Below are positions 62,373-64,000 of a DNA stretch of 64,000 nt, piece by piece. Made by a program: the position numbers and the translations under genes. The notes under the pieces are model-generated. The model made no database searches. It saw only the letters and a program-made list of their open reading frames with translations, and was not told where the DNA came from. Numbering within the stretch: position 1 is the first letter of the stretch; the number at the start of each line of letters is the position of its first letter. Source of the DNA: Ruditapes philippinarum (Eukaryota); NCBI RefSeq assembly GCF_026571515.1, contig NW_026864113.1, positions 1 through 64,000 of the forward strand. The letters run 5' to 3'.

Positions 62373-64000
62373 TTTTTAACTGTTACTTTCCTAGTTAGCT
62401 GGCTGATTTAGATACTATTGTTGTTGTTATCACTGGAGTTAGAACAATTATATTGTCAGGCCCCTTCAGGTCACATGACATATAATTTTCAATTTGATTG
62501 GCTGGCACGAAAGATTAGCCTAAAGTGTTACATGGGTGGGAGATACGACGAAAAAAGGTTAACAGCAAAGCTTTCCATTGGACATAGAACAAAATACAGA
62601 CGCTATATCTACAAAAGTATGACGTAAATCTTTACATGTTTTGTTTTGAAGATAGAACAAACTAATACTAAAATAATTGTGCAGTTATCTCATTTTTGGT
62701 AAAAATGGAGTTAGGACATTTTTAGAATAAGGCGACGATTTTCAATTTTGTCGTTTTGAGCGTTTTAAGGGATTCCGTTTTTCTTTACTTTCCTCTTCTT
62801 ATTGTGTATGTTTAAATGTTTGTGGCATTCCAGGGATAAAATATCAACATAACAAACAACGAAAAATCACATACATGTATATGAGTTTTTACATAAACCC
62901 AGTGACCCCAAGGTGGACCAATGTTGACCCCAGGGGCATGATTAATATCAGTTTTGCAGTGGTGAATGTCGTTTGTTGCCGTGTTAAAATAACGTGTAGA
63001 CAACAGTATTATAATATTACTGAACAAGCAAATCGGTGATGTTTTTGTCTTTATATATTGAGTTCATGAGTTCATTTTTTTGTTTGTTGCTTTTTTTTTT
63101 GGTCAAGTAAAACCTACCTATACAATCAATAGGAAGCCTACATTACGTTAAATACATTGTAAAAGTATATTTTCCTCAATTTAATTGAAGACAGAAGAAT
63201 ATTTTAGAGGCCAAGTTAAGTACAGTATATTTGAATTAATGATAATTGAACATATTGAGTCATTCACACAATCGTTTTTATTACCACCACAATAACTAAA
63301 CTAGGAGTTTTTATATAAATTTTACGATGAGAAAAGTATAGTAAGCAGATTTATTTCGAAATAATCCTGCAGGATTTTCTTAGAGAAGCCGTGAGGAAAT
63401 GTTTCAATTAGTGGGTAATCCTGTCAAAATAAGTTTATTTGATTGAATGTTCTTAGTTTATCTTTCCTAAACCTTTCCTAAATAAGATAACTGTATTTTA
63501 TATTAGATATATTTTTTGCTCTCAGTTATATCACGTTTGCCCTTGATATTATGGAACAACTTATATTGTGTGCATTTTCCCTTCATTATTTCGTAATGAA
63601 ACTAATCATGTATTAACAACAATCCATACCAATATCTGTTTAATACGTTAATACTTTATAGCTTTTGGAAATTCTTTCGATAATTTTAAATGATTTAATA
63701 TAACCTATTGTATTTTCAACAGAAACTTCTAAGAAGTAATAAGCCACCATGGTATATTGCTAATATTTTACTTTTACTTTACAGGCGTTGTTATTATACC
63801 CACGTAAGGTAAGTAGGTAAAGAAGTAGGTAAAGAAGAATAGATAAACCCAAAGAGGAAAATATGTTAGAATTTAGGTAATTGAAAAGACTCCGTCCATA
63901 AACAGATCAAAAGCAAGTCTGCAACAGTCCCCGTCTTGTGCGTTCTTTCCGAATTATGTTCTTCTCTATCTACTCAAATTAAGTATCAGCATTACAAACA

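Larger units (their letters stand above)
52094..62737. mobile_element. Non-autonomous TIR DNA transposon, Sola1-like (1,877 bp without the nested Gypsy)
   Basis: TIRs CGTCGCCCTATTCTAAAAATG (52,094-52,114) and CATTTTTAGAATAAGGCGACG (62,717-62,737) match at 20/21. 4-bp TSD ATTT at 52,090-93 and 62,738-41. Sola1 is inferred from the AWWT TSD; no transposase is seen. Confidence 0.85.

Overview
AT-rich, repeat-dominated animal genomic DNA. The repeat families (CORE/Meta-type SINEs, Naiad-type Penelope elements, Helentron-like core arrays) point to a bivalve mollusc (inference). I find no intact host gene, RNA gene or CRISPR array. Layout: (1) 1-8.3 kb is a MITE end, a near-complete RTE-X-like LINE ORF2, SINE/PLE fragments and a 22-bp minisatellite. 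(2) ~8.3-41.5 kb is a tandem array of about four 6.5-9 kb units, whose paralogs reveal empty sites for several insertions. (3) ~44.3-50.1 kb (minus strand) is a decayed, spliced gene carrying Mab-21/cGAS-like motifs in the correct order. (4) 52,094-62,737 is a three-level nest: an unclassified ~620-bp repeat (family A) is split by a DNA transposon (21-bp TIRs, ATTT TSD, Sola1-like) that carries an F-box/LRR pseudogene, and this in turn hosts a young full-length Gypsy element (near-identical LTRs, GGTT TSD). The best leads are the F-box-carrying TIR element, the cGAS-like relic, SECIS-like hairpins on the Naiad-like elements, STAT/NF-kB motifs on the Gypsy, and the structured, permuted family A repeat. 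All translations and alignments were done by eye, and many boundaries are approximate.
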